A stretch of 64,000 bases of DNA from Bacteroidales bacterium (GTDB lineage Bacteria; Bacteroidota; Bacteroidia; Bacteroidales; JBDKHP01): NCBI GenBank assembly GCA_965230435.1, contig CBDDLB010000002.1, positions 2,326,706-2,390,705 of the forward strand, read 5' to 3'. This document shows positions 17,522 through 25,835 of the stretch, piece after piece. The notes beneath the pieces were generated by a model. That model was given only the letters and a program-made list of their open reading frames with translations. It was not told the origin of the DNA and made no database searches. Each line of letters begins with the position of its first letter. The first letter of the stretch is position 1. The position numbers and the translations under genes are program-made.

Positions 17522-19597
17522 TTACCGCACAATATTAGCATCCGCTTCGCTAACCTCCATAGCCAAAATAACAATCTTGTGCACTTCCTCGTCGCGATCT
17601 AGAATGCCCGCAACAATAGAATCCAACCAGATAATCTCACCTTGACTAATAACACGGAACTTAATATTCTGTGGTGTTCCATAGTTGTATATTTCGTCCC
17701 ATACTTCCATGAAAGTCTCTTCATCTATCGCTTGAAAGAAGTTTGTAAAGGCCTGCCCTATCACCTCATCAATTTGTTGATTAAGTACCCCAAGGAACCT
17801 ATCGTTTACATATTCCACCTCTCCCGTAATGGTCAACTCCACGCGGTACACCATCTGGTCGAGTATTGCAATCAAACTAGACGAATCTGTATCTTTTCGA
17901 ATAAGCTCATCTTGTGTAGTACGGAGTTCTTCAAGGTTCTGGCGCATCTCTTCCTCCTGAGAAGCCATTTCTTCCGATTTCGTACGTGTTTCTTTCAGAA
18001 GACGTGCAGTTTGCTCATTGATGTTTACAGTCTTCAGTGTTCCGGCAATACTTTCTCCCAACTGTTCCACAAAACGGATAACGTGTGTAGGAAATTCAAC
18101 AAACGATGCTATTTCCAGAATACCCAACACCTCAGTTTCTATTTTCAGAGGTACTATCAGCAAACAGTTTGGCGTGGCTTCTCCCAGACCAGAAGAGATT
18201 TCCATGTAACCATCAGGCACATCGTTCATGTAAATGGTTTTGCGCTCAACGGCACATGTTCCAACCAGCCCTTCTTTCAACGCAATTTTCCTGTTTAAGA
18301 ATTTCTTCTGATCATAAGCAAATGCAGCGCTCAACTCTAAATAAGTTTCTTCTTTCTCTGGATGCTTAAGCGTGAAAAAACCACCTTGATTGGCTTCCAA
18401 GTATTTCACAAGACTCCGGATAACGTTGTCTGCAAGAGTTTCTATACTGGAAGTGTTTTCCCGAAGAATTTCACCAAATTTTGCAAAACCAGATGTGGCC
18501 CAGTTCCGCTTATCATCGTCCGCTTTTCTTTTTTCCTCTTCATCTCTGGCCGAACGTAAACTGTTCCTCATTTCCAACAGCGAGTTCCCCAATAAATCCT
18601 CATCACTTAGTGTGTTAAACTCTGCCTCAAGATTTCCTTTCCCGATCTCCCGTGAAAAGCGGTTATAAGTTGTAACACCATCAATAAATGCCCCCATCGC
18701 CAACTGCATCTCCCCGATTTCATCATCGCGGACACGCTTCACCTTCTCTACGGTTTTACCTTTGGCCATCTCACTCAAGTTGTTACTGATCTCATACAGA
18801 GCATCCGTCACACTATTAGCAAAACGCTGCAAAAGAATAATCGCCACCACAGTGAGTATAAGTCCCAGAAGCGTGATAAGCATAACCATGCGGTTGATCT
18901 GCTTGCTGAGTTCGTCTTTTTTTCTCTCTACAATTTTATCGATGTTATCTACGTAAACCCCCGTACCAATAACCCAGCCCGTAGGCTCAAAGAGCTTCAG
19001 GTAACTTATCTTGGGCATTACGTCCCGTTCTCCAGGTTTATACCAATCGTATTCGGAATATCCTTCGCCACTTTTCTGCACTATCTCTGCAAAGTGCGCG
19101 TATATGTTCTGCTTAGACCCTTTGGCAAGGTTAAATTCTGGCCCATCAAGCTTTTGCCCCTCCAGCTCCGGATTGATAGGGTGCATAACCACTCGATATG
19201 GCTTATTTACATTATTGATCCAAATGTAGCCATCTCCACCATATCGGAGCACGCGAAGGTTTTCTAAAGTAAGATTGAGAATATAGTCACTGGCCTCACG
19301 GTATGCTGACTCACGAGCCTGAGTTGTAGAATCTACATCCTGCCCCTCACCGGCATAAAAATGCTGAAGGGTTTCAAGGTCGCGGGAATTCTGATAACTT
19401 ACAGAAACCATTTCGTAAGCAATGTCAACAATATCCTTCAGGTGCTGCTTTACTTTTACGATTTCCTCTTCCTTGAATTTTTGAATGCTTCGCAGAGTTG
19501 ACTGTCTATAGTCTAAAATTGCATAAAGTGTAACAACACTGACAGTGATCAGTACGGCTATACTCGTATAAAAAGGGAATTTTGTCCGAAGCTTCAT
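17522..19597 (-). CDS. Membrane sensor protein, paralogue of 14637..16742 (Cache-HAMP-GAF-coil-PAS, no output domain)
   Basis: 691 aa from ATG 19597 (the track TTG is at 19603). Contains GDGYIWINNVNKPYRVVMHPIN (Cache-like), HAMP, GAF (KEGLVGTCAVERKTIYMNDVPDGY...ILEIAS), the QEEEMRQNLEEL coil, and a PAS-like end. Confidence 0.8.
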   Translation of the reverse strand: MKLRTKFPFYTSIAVLITVSVVTLYAILDYRQSTLRSIQKFKEEEIVKVKQHLKDIVDIAYEMVSVSYQNSRDLETLQHFYAGEGQDVDSTTQARESAYREASDYILNLTLENLRVLRYGGDGYIWINNVNKPYRVVMHPINPELEGQKLDGPEFNLAKGSKQNIYAHFAEIVQKSGEGYSEYDWYKPGERDVMPKISYLKLFEPTGWVIGTGVYVDNIDKIVERKKDELSKQINRMVMLITLLGLILTVVAIILLQRFANSVTDALYEISNNLSEMAKGKTVEKVKRVRDDEIGEMQLAMGAFIDGVTTYNRFSREIGKGNLEAEFNTLSDEDLLGNSLLEMRNSLRSARDEEEKRKADDDKRNWATSGFAKFGEILRENTSSIETLADNVIRSLVKYLEANQGGFFTLKHPEKEETYLELSAAFAYDQKKFLNRKIALKEGLVGTCAVERKTIYMNDVPDGYMEISSGLGEATPNCLLIVPLKIETEVLGILEIASFVEFPTHVIRFVEQLGESIAGTLKTVNINEQTARLLKETRTKSEEMASQEEEMRQNLEELRTTQDELIRKDTDSSSLIAILDQMVYRVELTITGEVEYVNDRFLGVLNQQIDEVIGQAFTNFFQAIDEETFMEVWDEIYNYGTPQNIKFRVISQGEIIWLDSIVAGILDRDEEVHKIVILAMEVSEADANIVR

Positions 19598-19827
19598 ATG
19601 CAATTTATGCTTAAGGTCGCCGACCTATGATTTTCAATTTTCTAAGCTAAGCCAATCTATTCTAAAAACAAACTGCTCGCTTTTGTTATTTTTAAGGTCA
19701 GACGCTTTATACTATTTTATATTTTAAATTCACAGAACTTTTCAATCAGGATCAGCTTTAAGCAGCTTATTAGATTTATAGCCAAGACGTAATGTTTTAT
19801 GGCTACAGCACAACGTACTCAAAAAAT

Positions 19828-19921
19828 AAGGCTATAAATCCATTTGTATTACTTTCACTTTACACACTCTATCAGCGACTTAGCAACAGAATGAATATAG
19901 ATAATTATGACTGACTACTTA
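19828..19921 (+). repeat. ~95-bp intergenic repeat (family with 21554, 36755, 40186, 45136), copy 1
   Basis: Ends in AATTATGACTGACTACTTA, identical to 45213-45231. The upstream ~50 nt are similar by eye (ACTTAGCA..GAAT.AAT.TAGAT). Confidence 0.5.
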
Positions 19922-19944
19922 CCAAAATTAATGCCACCTGAAAG

Positions 19945-20205
19945 CTAGTCTTCTTTTTCAATAGAATTGGTTTCGCTGTTGTATTTCAACCCCTCTTCGG
20001 CAAGACTGGCTTTGAAAAGAGCCATATCCAATTGACCTTGCCGCCATAGGGCCAGTTCCGCCTTACAAATATCTAATTCCAGCTTTAGCTCATCAAATTC
20101 TCTGTCATCTTTTGGCTCTGAAACGTTCTGTTTGTCGAGCCCTGTTTTGTTAAAAGTATTTTCGAGTAGGCTTCCCAACCCACCCTTAAAGCTTTTCTTA
20201 GCCAT
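19945..20205 (-). CDS. Small coiled-coil protein with ParB-like N-terminal peptide
   Basis: 86 aa with ATG at 20205. The N-terminus MAKKSFKGGLGSLLENTF resembles the ParB N-terminal ParA-interaction motif (K-rich, then GLGxGLxALL). The rest is an acidic coiled coil with no HTH or ParB/Srx domain. Lies downstream of parA-like 20628..21380. Confidence 0.55.
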   Translation of the reverse strand: MAKKSFKGGLGSLLENTFNKTGLDKQNVSEPKDDREFDELKLELDICKAELALWRQGQLDMALFKASLAEEGLKYNSETNSIEKED

Positions 20206-20469
20206 GTCTTATAGTTTAGCCTGTTGGATCAGTATTCTTCTACACATTTTACGGTTCATCACAAAATTCGGTCTGTTCCAATTGCTACGATCGTGGATCA
20301 ATTTGTACAAAAGTGAATCAGCTCTTGCGTTATTTGTTTTATTCGAAAGAATAGACTGTTACGACAACAACGAGCGAAAACCATTTTCACATTAGCATAT
20401 CATAAAAGGCTTCGCATTGTATGCAAACCACATATCAACCCTAAAGTGGTTTTTATTTTAGATCAGCCC

Positions 20470-20601
20470 TTAAGTAAAGCTGAAAAAATAACTTCGGTTT
20501 TCGTTGTACTGCGGTCGTCCAAATCCTCACGTACTCTAGTACGCTCCGGTATTGAACGCCTTGTGCGCCTTAACCGAAGTTATTTTTTACACTTTACTAA
20601 C
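20470..20601 (+). mobile_element. 132-bp MITE-like element with ~27-bp terminal inverted repeats, copy A
   Basis: TAAGTAAAGCTGAAAAAATAACTTCGG at the left end and CCGAAGTTATTTTTTACACTTTACTAA at the right end are inverted repeats. The whole element aligns with the reverse complement of 51296-51427. Confidence 0.7.
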
Positions 20602-20627
20602 TAAATACGCTTTCCAAATTTACGGAA

Positions 20628-21380
20628 CTAATTGTATTTTTTTTCAATTTCAACACAAAGTTCTAAATAATCCTGAGCTCCATGACTCTTCGGACTATAC
20701 CGAAATATATCAGTTCCCGAGCTGGGCGCTTCTGCCAGAGCAATATTGTTCCTGATTTTGGTGTCGAAAACTTTCTCTCCAAAAAACTCTTTAATTGCAG
20801 AAGCAACATCGCGGTTGAGTATCTTGCGACTATCGTATTGCGTAATCACAACTCCTTCAATGGAAAGCTTACGGTTCAAGCGTTTCTTGATCTTCTCTAC
20901 CACTTCTATAATTTTCGTAAGTCCCCGCATTGCTAAGTAATGTGCCTGCAATGGTATGTATACCTCGTCTGCTGCTGTGAGTGCGTTGATTGTAAGTAGT
21001 CCCAAAGTCGGAGGGCAATCGATAAATATAAAATCGTACTGTCCACGGAAACTTTCAATAATTTCACGAAGCAAATATTCCCGTCCCGGCTCGTTACTGA
21101 GTTCCAGCTCTGCTCCCGAAAGATCGAGAGTAGAAGGGATGCAATCTAAATTCTTAAGAACATTGATTGGTTTTGCTTCGGAAAAACCGCGCATAGCAGT
21201 GTAAACATTGGCAGCTTCTTCCTCTATGCCGAAGCTTTGCGAAAGGTTCGCCTGAGGATCGATATCCATCAACAGAATTTTTTTCCCCATATAACTCAAT
21301 CCTGCACCAATATTTACAGTCGAAGTCGTCTTGCCCACTCCACCTTTGTGATTGGTGATCGCGATTACTTTGGTTTCCAT
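20628..21380 (-). CDS. ParA/Soj-family ATPase (orphan: no canonical parB adjacent)
   Basis: Deviant Walker A in VIAITNHKGGVGKTTST, followed by LLMDIDPQANLS. ATG at 21380 (METKVIAI...); the track TTG is at 21386. Confidence 0.9.
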   Translation of the reverse strand: METKVIAITNHKGGVGKTTSTVNIGAGLSYMGKKILLMDIDPQANLSQSFGIEEEAANVYTAMRGFSEAKPINVLKNLDCIPSTLDLSGAELELSNEPGREYLLREIIESFRGQYDFIFIDCPPTLGLLTINALTAADEVYIPLQAHYLAMRGLTKIIEVVEKIKKRLNRKLSIEGVVITQYDSRKILNRDVASAIKEFFGEKVFDTKIRNNIALAEAPSSGTDIFRYSPKSHGAQDYLELCVEIEKKYN

Positions 21381-21553
21381 AATCAACTCTCTGTTTTATC
21401 AACAGGTAAATATACATTTTTTCAGACCTTCCGAAAAACATGGCAAAGATTAAACCATACTTTTTGAAGCCTATACAACCAGCTGCTCTTCTTATAAATT
21501 AGCAACTGACACAGAATAATGTAAACGCAATTCTTTGGCTATAGAGTATAAAA

Positions 21554-21661
21554 TAAGGTCACAGACCTATTTTTTATAGGCTTACGTCCTTCAAATAACA
21601 AGCTACTTTAGCCAGAAAGAAATCTAACTAATTTTATCTCGGTACTTATTAATTATGAATT
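21554..21661 (+). repeat. ~95-bp intergenic repeat family, copy 2 (diverged)
   Basis: TAAGGTCACAGACCTATTTTTTA ... TACTTTAGC ... AAATCTAACTAATT ... TACTTATTAATTATGAATT parallels 45136-45240. Confidence 0.45.
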
Positions 21662-22309
21662 GAGCGGAACCGTTCTCATGAACGGCTTCTGAAAATGATC
21701 TGCTCTAAACAACTAACTACCAACTGATAACCAACGCATAGTAAAACAAAAATAAGGTTAGGGCACAAAGCTTATTCGGTTATTCGTAGATTCTGTTATT
21801 GAGCCGAATGATCAAATTCTCTTCAATATAGATTTCGCCAGCAATTAATTTCCTGTTCCAAATCATTATTATAATTTTAGGCAACAGAGCTGATTACTCC
21901 TAAGCTTTGATAACTCCTCCAAGAAGAAGAATTACGGTAAAGATTTTGCAGACCAGCACATTCTACAGCCAAGTTTACGAACAAAAGATTCGCAAAACTA
22001 CTGTTCAAAATACGATGGCTCAGATTTTGATTATGATTACCTGAAGCCATTTCTAAATAACTGGCAACGTTCATTAGCCTTCTGTAACATGCATTTTCCA
22101 ACAGGTCATGCCACATAGAAAAGAGATTACAGAACACTCTATTTAAACAAAACATCTTTAACGAAAAGGTCTCGGACCTCAGTTCTAATTCAAAATATAA
22201 CTGTTTTTAAAGATTTTGCAAAGGTGAAACACCTCAATTACAATTAACCCTAAGGATAATCCGGTTAGAATTCGGTGCTTCATCTGACAACTGAAAGTAT
22301 ATAAAAGCA

Positions 22310-24283
22310 ATGAAAGGGATTTTCGCAACAATATTCGCATTCTATATCTTACTCGGATGTTCAGAGCATAAAGCTCAAAGATTTAGTTCTGTAGAACCCA
22401 TGCAAAACATCTATCGAGATAAGATAATGCAAAAAATTCACGACTTAAAGGACAAAAGAGATACTGAAAAGCTCTCTCAATATTTACAGCATTCGGAAGC
22501 AAATTATAGAAGTCAGGCTGCATTGGCTTTTGGCTCTGTGCAAGACACTACAATTTTAAATGATCTGTACCAACTTGTAATGGATCCTGAGGCTGAAGTC
22601 CAACGTGCTGCCGCCTTTGCTATCGGACAGACTGGTTCTGGTGCATCTGAAGAGTATCTCATAGCACTTAGCCTAAAAAATGACAACCCAATTGTTAAGG
22701 CTGAGATTTATGAAGCAATAGGAAAATGTGGTTCTGAAAGAGGACTAAACTATTTGTCCGATCTTGCCATTACGCACGAAAGAACAACCGAAGGCCTGTT
22801 GTGGGGTTTTGCACGCTTTTCTATCAAAGGAATTACCAATTCGAAATCAACGTCTAGAGTTCTTGATCTGCTAAAAACAGAGAACTTAACTGAATATCAG
22901 CGTTACGTAGCGTCAATCTATTTCAACAGATTGAAAGTGCTGACACCGGAACAGCTTAAAGATGTTTCGGAGATTTTCTCAGAAGTAGAAGACCAACAAG
23001 TAAAAGAAAATTTAATCAATGTACTGGCGAAGAACTATAGCAAGAGACATTCTAGCATTATTGACTCAGCATTGAAAAGCAACAATAATAATATTCTGAT
23101 CAACATTCTCCGCTCATTGCCAGAAGAGGCCTATTTCCCTAATCAAAGTAGAGTTGAAGAATTGTTGAAACACTCAAATATCAATGTGGCCATTTCTGCC
23201 TCTGAATTCTTCCTACGGCTTGCGAATAAAAAACATGCTAGACGGTACCTAAGCCTTGCATCTCCAGAATTGAACTGGAGAGTGGGAACAACTCTTTTTC
23301 ATGCTGCCCTAAAAGCTTCGCCATCGAACGAGACAACTATAGATGCGATAATGACCCGCTACAAAAACAGCATGAATATTTACGAAAAAGCATTTCTTCT
23401 TAGGGCTTTGGGTGAAGATATCGGTTCCTTTAAATTCTTGGCCAAAGAAACATTCGGTTCTGAAGAAAAAATAATATCAGCCTATGGAATGGAAGCTTTG
23501 GTGCATATGCGCGAGTCCGAGAAATTTGATTATCACAACGACCGATATAAATCGAAGGGAGGCTCCGATCTTTATCAGGAATTTGCTCTGATATTGAAAC
23601 AGGCCATCAGTTCCAACGAGACCTCTTTGGTGGCTCAGGCTGCTCAAGTACTCCGTGTCCCTGGATATAATTACATCAACACGTACAGCAATACCTACTT
23701 CCTGAAACAGGCATTGCATCGGTTGGAAGTGCCCGAACAACTAGAAGCTTTCGTTGAACTGAAAAAGACGATTGCTTACTTCGAAGGAGAAGAATATGAC
23801 ACCAAGAATAATTCTTTGTTCAATAACCCTATCAACTGGAAGCTTGTTCAGACTATCGATCAAAACGAACTTGCTGTTCTGGAAACCAACAAAGGAAAAA
23901 TCACCTTAGCACTAAAAGTTAATGAGGCTCCCGGTACTGTTGCCAACTTCCTAAGGCTGTCTAAAGATGATTTTTATAACCAACTGACCACGCATAGGGT
24001 TGTGCCCAATTTTGTTGTTCAGGGAGGCTGTCCGCGTGGCGATGGCTGGGGAGAAACTGAGTTTTCTATCCGATCAGAATTTTCTTTTTTGAAATACTCT
24101 AAAGGTAGTGTTGGTATGGCTTCGGCCGGTAAAGACACCGAATCGAGCCAGTGGTTCATCACACATTCTGCAACACCTCATTTAGACGGGCGCTACACCA
24201 TTTTTGCTGAGGTTGTAGATGGAATTGATATTGTGAACCGTCTGGAAATTGGGGATAGGATTATTGATGTGAAAATTCATTGA
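22310..24283 (+). CDS. HEAT-repeat protein fused to cyclophilin-type peptidyl-prolyl isomerase
   Basis: 657 aa. The C-terminal ~160 aa show HRVVPNFVVQGGCPRGDGWGE ... SQWFITHSATPHLDGRYTIFAEV (cyclophilin). The N-terminal part has repeated alpha-helical HEAT-like units (AALAFGSVQD, AAAFAIGQTG). Confidence 0.85.
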   Translation: MKGIFATIFAFYILLGCSEHKAQRFSSVEPMQNIYRDKIMQKIHDLKDKRDTEKLSQYLQHSEANYRSQAALAFGSVQDTTILNDLYQLVMDPEAEVQRAAAFAIGQTGSGASEEYLIALSLKNDNPIVKAEIYEAIGKCGSERGLNYLSDLAITHERTTEGLLWGFARFSIKGITNSKSTSRVLDLLKTENLTEYQRYVASIYFNRLKVLTPEQLKDVSEIFSEVEDQQVKENLINVLAKNYSKRHSSIIDSALKSNNNNILINILRSLPEEAYFPNQSRVEELLKHSNINVAISASEFFLRLANKKHARRYLSLASPELNWRVGTTLFHAALKASPSNETTIDAIMTRYKNSMNIYEKAFLLRALGEDIGSFKFLAKETFGSEEKIISAYGMEALVHMRESEKFDYHNDRYKSKGGSDLYQEFALILKQAISSNETSLVAQAAQVLRVPGYNYINTYSNTYFLKQALHRLEVPEQLEAFVELKKTIAYFEGEEYDTKNNSLFNNPINWKLVQTIDQNELAVLETNKGKITLALKVNEAPGTVANFLRLSKDDFYNQLTTHRVVPNFVVQGGCPRGDGWGETEFSIRSEFSFLKYSKGSVGMASAGKDTESSQWFITHSATPHLDGRYTIFAEVVDGIDIVNRLEIGDRIIDVKIH

Positions 24284-24460
24284 TTCTTGATCAATGGTTA
24301 TTCGTTGATTTCCGACGGAAAAATATGGCAATTCTGTAATTTCGAATCTGGACTATAATCTTAAAAAAACACAGATTAAAACCTGAACTGCAATCATATA
24401 AACTTTCAGTCTACGGCTTCACTCTTCGATTATGGTAATAATTCCGATACAGACTTGAAT

Positions 24461-25261
24461 TCATCGAAAGAAAGGGAAACTGAACATCAAACACCCCAAA
24501 GTAATTAGGATGATGCCAAAACGGACTGCAAATTTTGCCGGCGAAGCCTTTTGCCCACGTTTGGCCCCGAAAAAGTTTGTTGCCAGATAGGCCAAAAGTA
24601 AAATCGCTGCAATGTGCCAATCAATAGATGCGTTTTGTTGATATTTTATTACTGCACCTATACTAACAGGAGGGAGAAGAATGGCAAGTCCAAGTAAACG
24701 GGCATCGTTCTTATGAATATGAAGGCCGTTTACAAAAAAAGGAAGCATAATTACTCCCGCTCCTATTCCAAAAAGTCCTCCAAAAATACCTACAATTGCT
24801 CCTACTGCTCCCACAGTTAGCAAGTTGATCGGGAAACGAACATTTCCACATACCCAGAAACCACTCCTATGCTTTCGTGGTGTTGAGGTGGCCTGCTGTT
24901 TTTTGCTGTTGCGTATCTGACTAATTCCTAAAATCATTAAGAGGCAACCGAAAGTTACTTTTAAGATTTTCTCGTCCATAGAAAATGCAAAAGCGGCTCC
25001 TACATATGAGAATAAGGCATACAGTAATACTCCTGCCAAGATATATTTCCACAGCTCTAAAAAGCGCTGGCGAAAAGCCCAAACAGCAGGCAGGCTCATA
25101 GGCCCTAACATTACAGCCAATACTGTCCCCTGTGCCAAATGCTGCTGAAAGCCTACCCCCATTACAAGAAACGCTATAAAAAATGGAGCACCGCTTATAC
25201 CAGCATAACCACCTAAATAACCTATAAGTAAGCCAAAAAGAATAATCCCTAAAAGTTCCAT
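24461..25261 (-). CDS. TauE/SafE family sulfite/anion exporter
   Basis: 266 aa, polytopic and Gly-rich. Begins MELLGIILFGLLIGYLGGYAGISGAPF, typical of the family. Confidence 0.85.
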   Translation of the reverse strand: MELLGIILFGLLIGYLGGYAGISGAPFFIAFLVMGVGFQQHLAQGTVLAVMLGPMSLPAVWAFRQRFLELWKYILAGVLLYALFSYVGAAFAFSMDEKILKVTFGCLLMILGISQIRNSKKQQATSTPRKHRSGFWVCGNVRFPINLLTVGAVGAIVGIFGGLFGIGAGVIMLPFFVNGLHIHKNDARLLGLAILLPPVSIGAVIKYQQNASIDWHIAAILLLAYLATNFFGAKRGQKASPAKFAVRFGIILITLGCLMFSFPFFR

Positions 25262-25331
25262 AGCTGATACAAAGGTAGAAATACACTGACGGGAAGACGA
25301 AAAGAAAGGGGTGTTTTACAGCAAAGAGGGT

Positions 25332-25378
25332 TTATGAATTATGAATTATGAATTATGAATTATGAATTATGAATTATT
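25332..25378. repeat. Heptanucleotide tandem repeat (ATGAATT) x ~6.5
   Basis: Six perfect ATGAATT units read directly at 25334-25375, with partial units at both ends. Located 71-117 nt upstream of the TauE start codon. Confidence 0.9.
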
Positions 25379-25411
25379 TAAGAAAATTTTAGAAAGCAGG
25401 AACGTTTTAAA

Positions 25412-25592
25412 CTAGCCGTGACTGGAACGGAAAGCCCGGAAGTACTGACGCTAGTGAAGCACGATGGAGCGGCTATGGAGCCTCGGCGGAATAGACCGCT
25501 GTGGCGATGCTGAACAGCGGCAGGGCTGAGGACTTGTAGAGGAAGGCGCGCTGAATGTTCTTGACAGAGCTTGAAGTATTGCTCCTAAAAAA
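25412..25592 (-). repeat. GC-rich ~180-bp interspersed repeat, copy B (inverted relative to copy A)
   Basis: The reverse complement aligns with 7703-7881 over the full length. Confidence 0.7.
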
Positions 25593-25607
25593 TATTTTGA
25601 TCTCGTC

Positions 25608-25653
25608 TGAAATTAAAAGGGTGGCCGTTTGATAATATAACATGGCCACCCTT
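25608..25653 (-). terminator. Hairpin after the cyd operon micro-ORF
   Basis: AAGGGTGGCC (25617-25626) pairs with GGCCACCCTT (25644-25653) as a 10-bp perfect stem. On the minus strand it is followed by UUAAUUUC, a weak U-tract. Confidence 0.45.
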
Positions 25654-25672
25654 AAAAAGTATTGCTTGATGT

Positions 25673-25789
25673 TTAATCGTCGTTGGATTCTTCTATAGCC
25701 ATGAATTTCTTCATAGCGTAACGCGCTGCAAAATATGTTGAAGCGATTACGACCGGCCAAGTTGAAAATACTATTATACTAGCTGTCAT
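25673..25789 (-). CDS. 38-aa single-TM micro-protein downstream of cydB (CydX-like small subunit candidate)
   Basis: My translation is MTASIIVFSTWPVVIASTYFAARYAMKKFMAIEESNDD. It starts 46 nt after the cydB stop on the same strand, with a hydrophobic helix and an acidic tail. Too short for the ORF track. Confidence 0.5.
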   Translation of the reverse strand: MTASIIVFSTWPVVIASTYFAARYAMKKFMAIEESNDD

Positions 25790-25835
25790 GTAATTTCTGT
25801 TTTTGTTTAAAAATTAAGATTGTTTTATTCTGTTG

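Noticed and set aside
17642-18298. 218-aa plus-strand ORF and neighbours inside the 17522..19597 sensor gene
   Set aside because: These are antisense shadow ORFs of a gene with clear HAMP and GAF motifs. They have no motifs of their own.
20552-20755. 67-aa ORF starting MNALCALTEV, similar to part of ORF 51192..51464 (...LNALCALTEI...)
   Set aside because: Both are read-throughs of the 132-bp MITE-like element into flanking genes (parA, comEC). They have no independent coding support.
21877-22155. 92-aa minus-strand ORF in the long parA-PPIase gap
   Set aside because: It has no motif, no signal peptide and odd composition, and it sits isolated in a divergent promoter region. I cannot support it as a gene, though it cannot be formally excluded.
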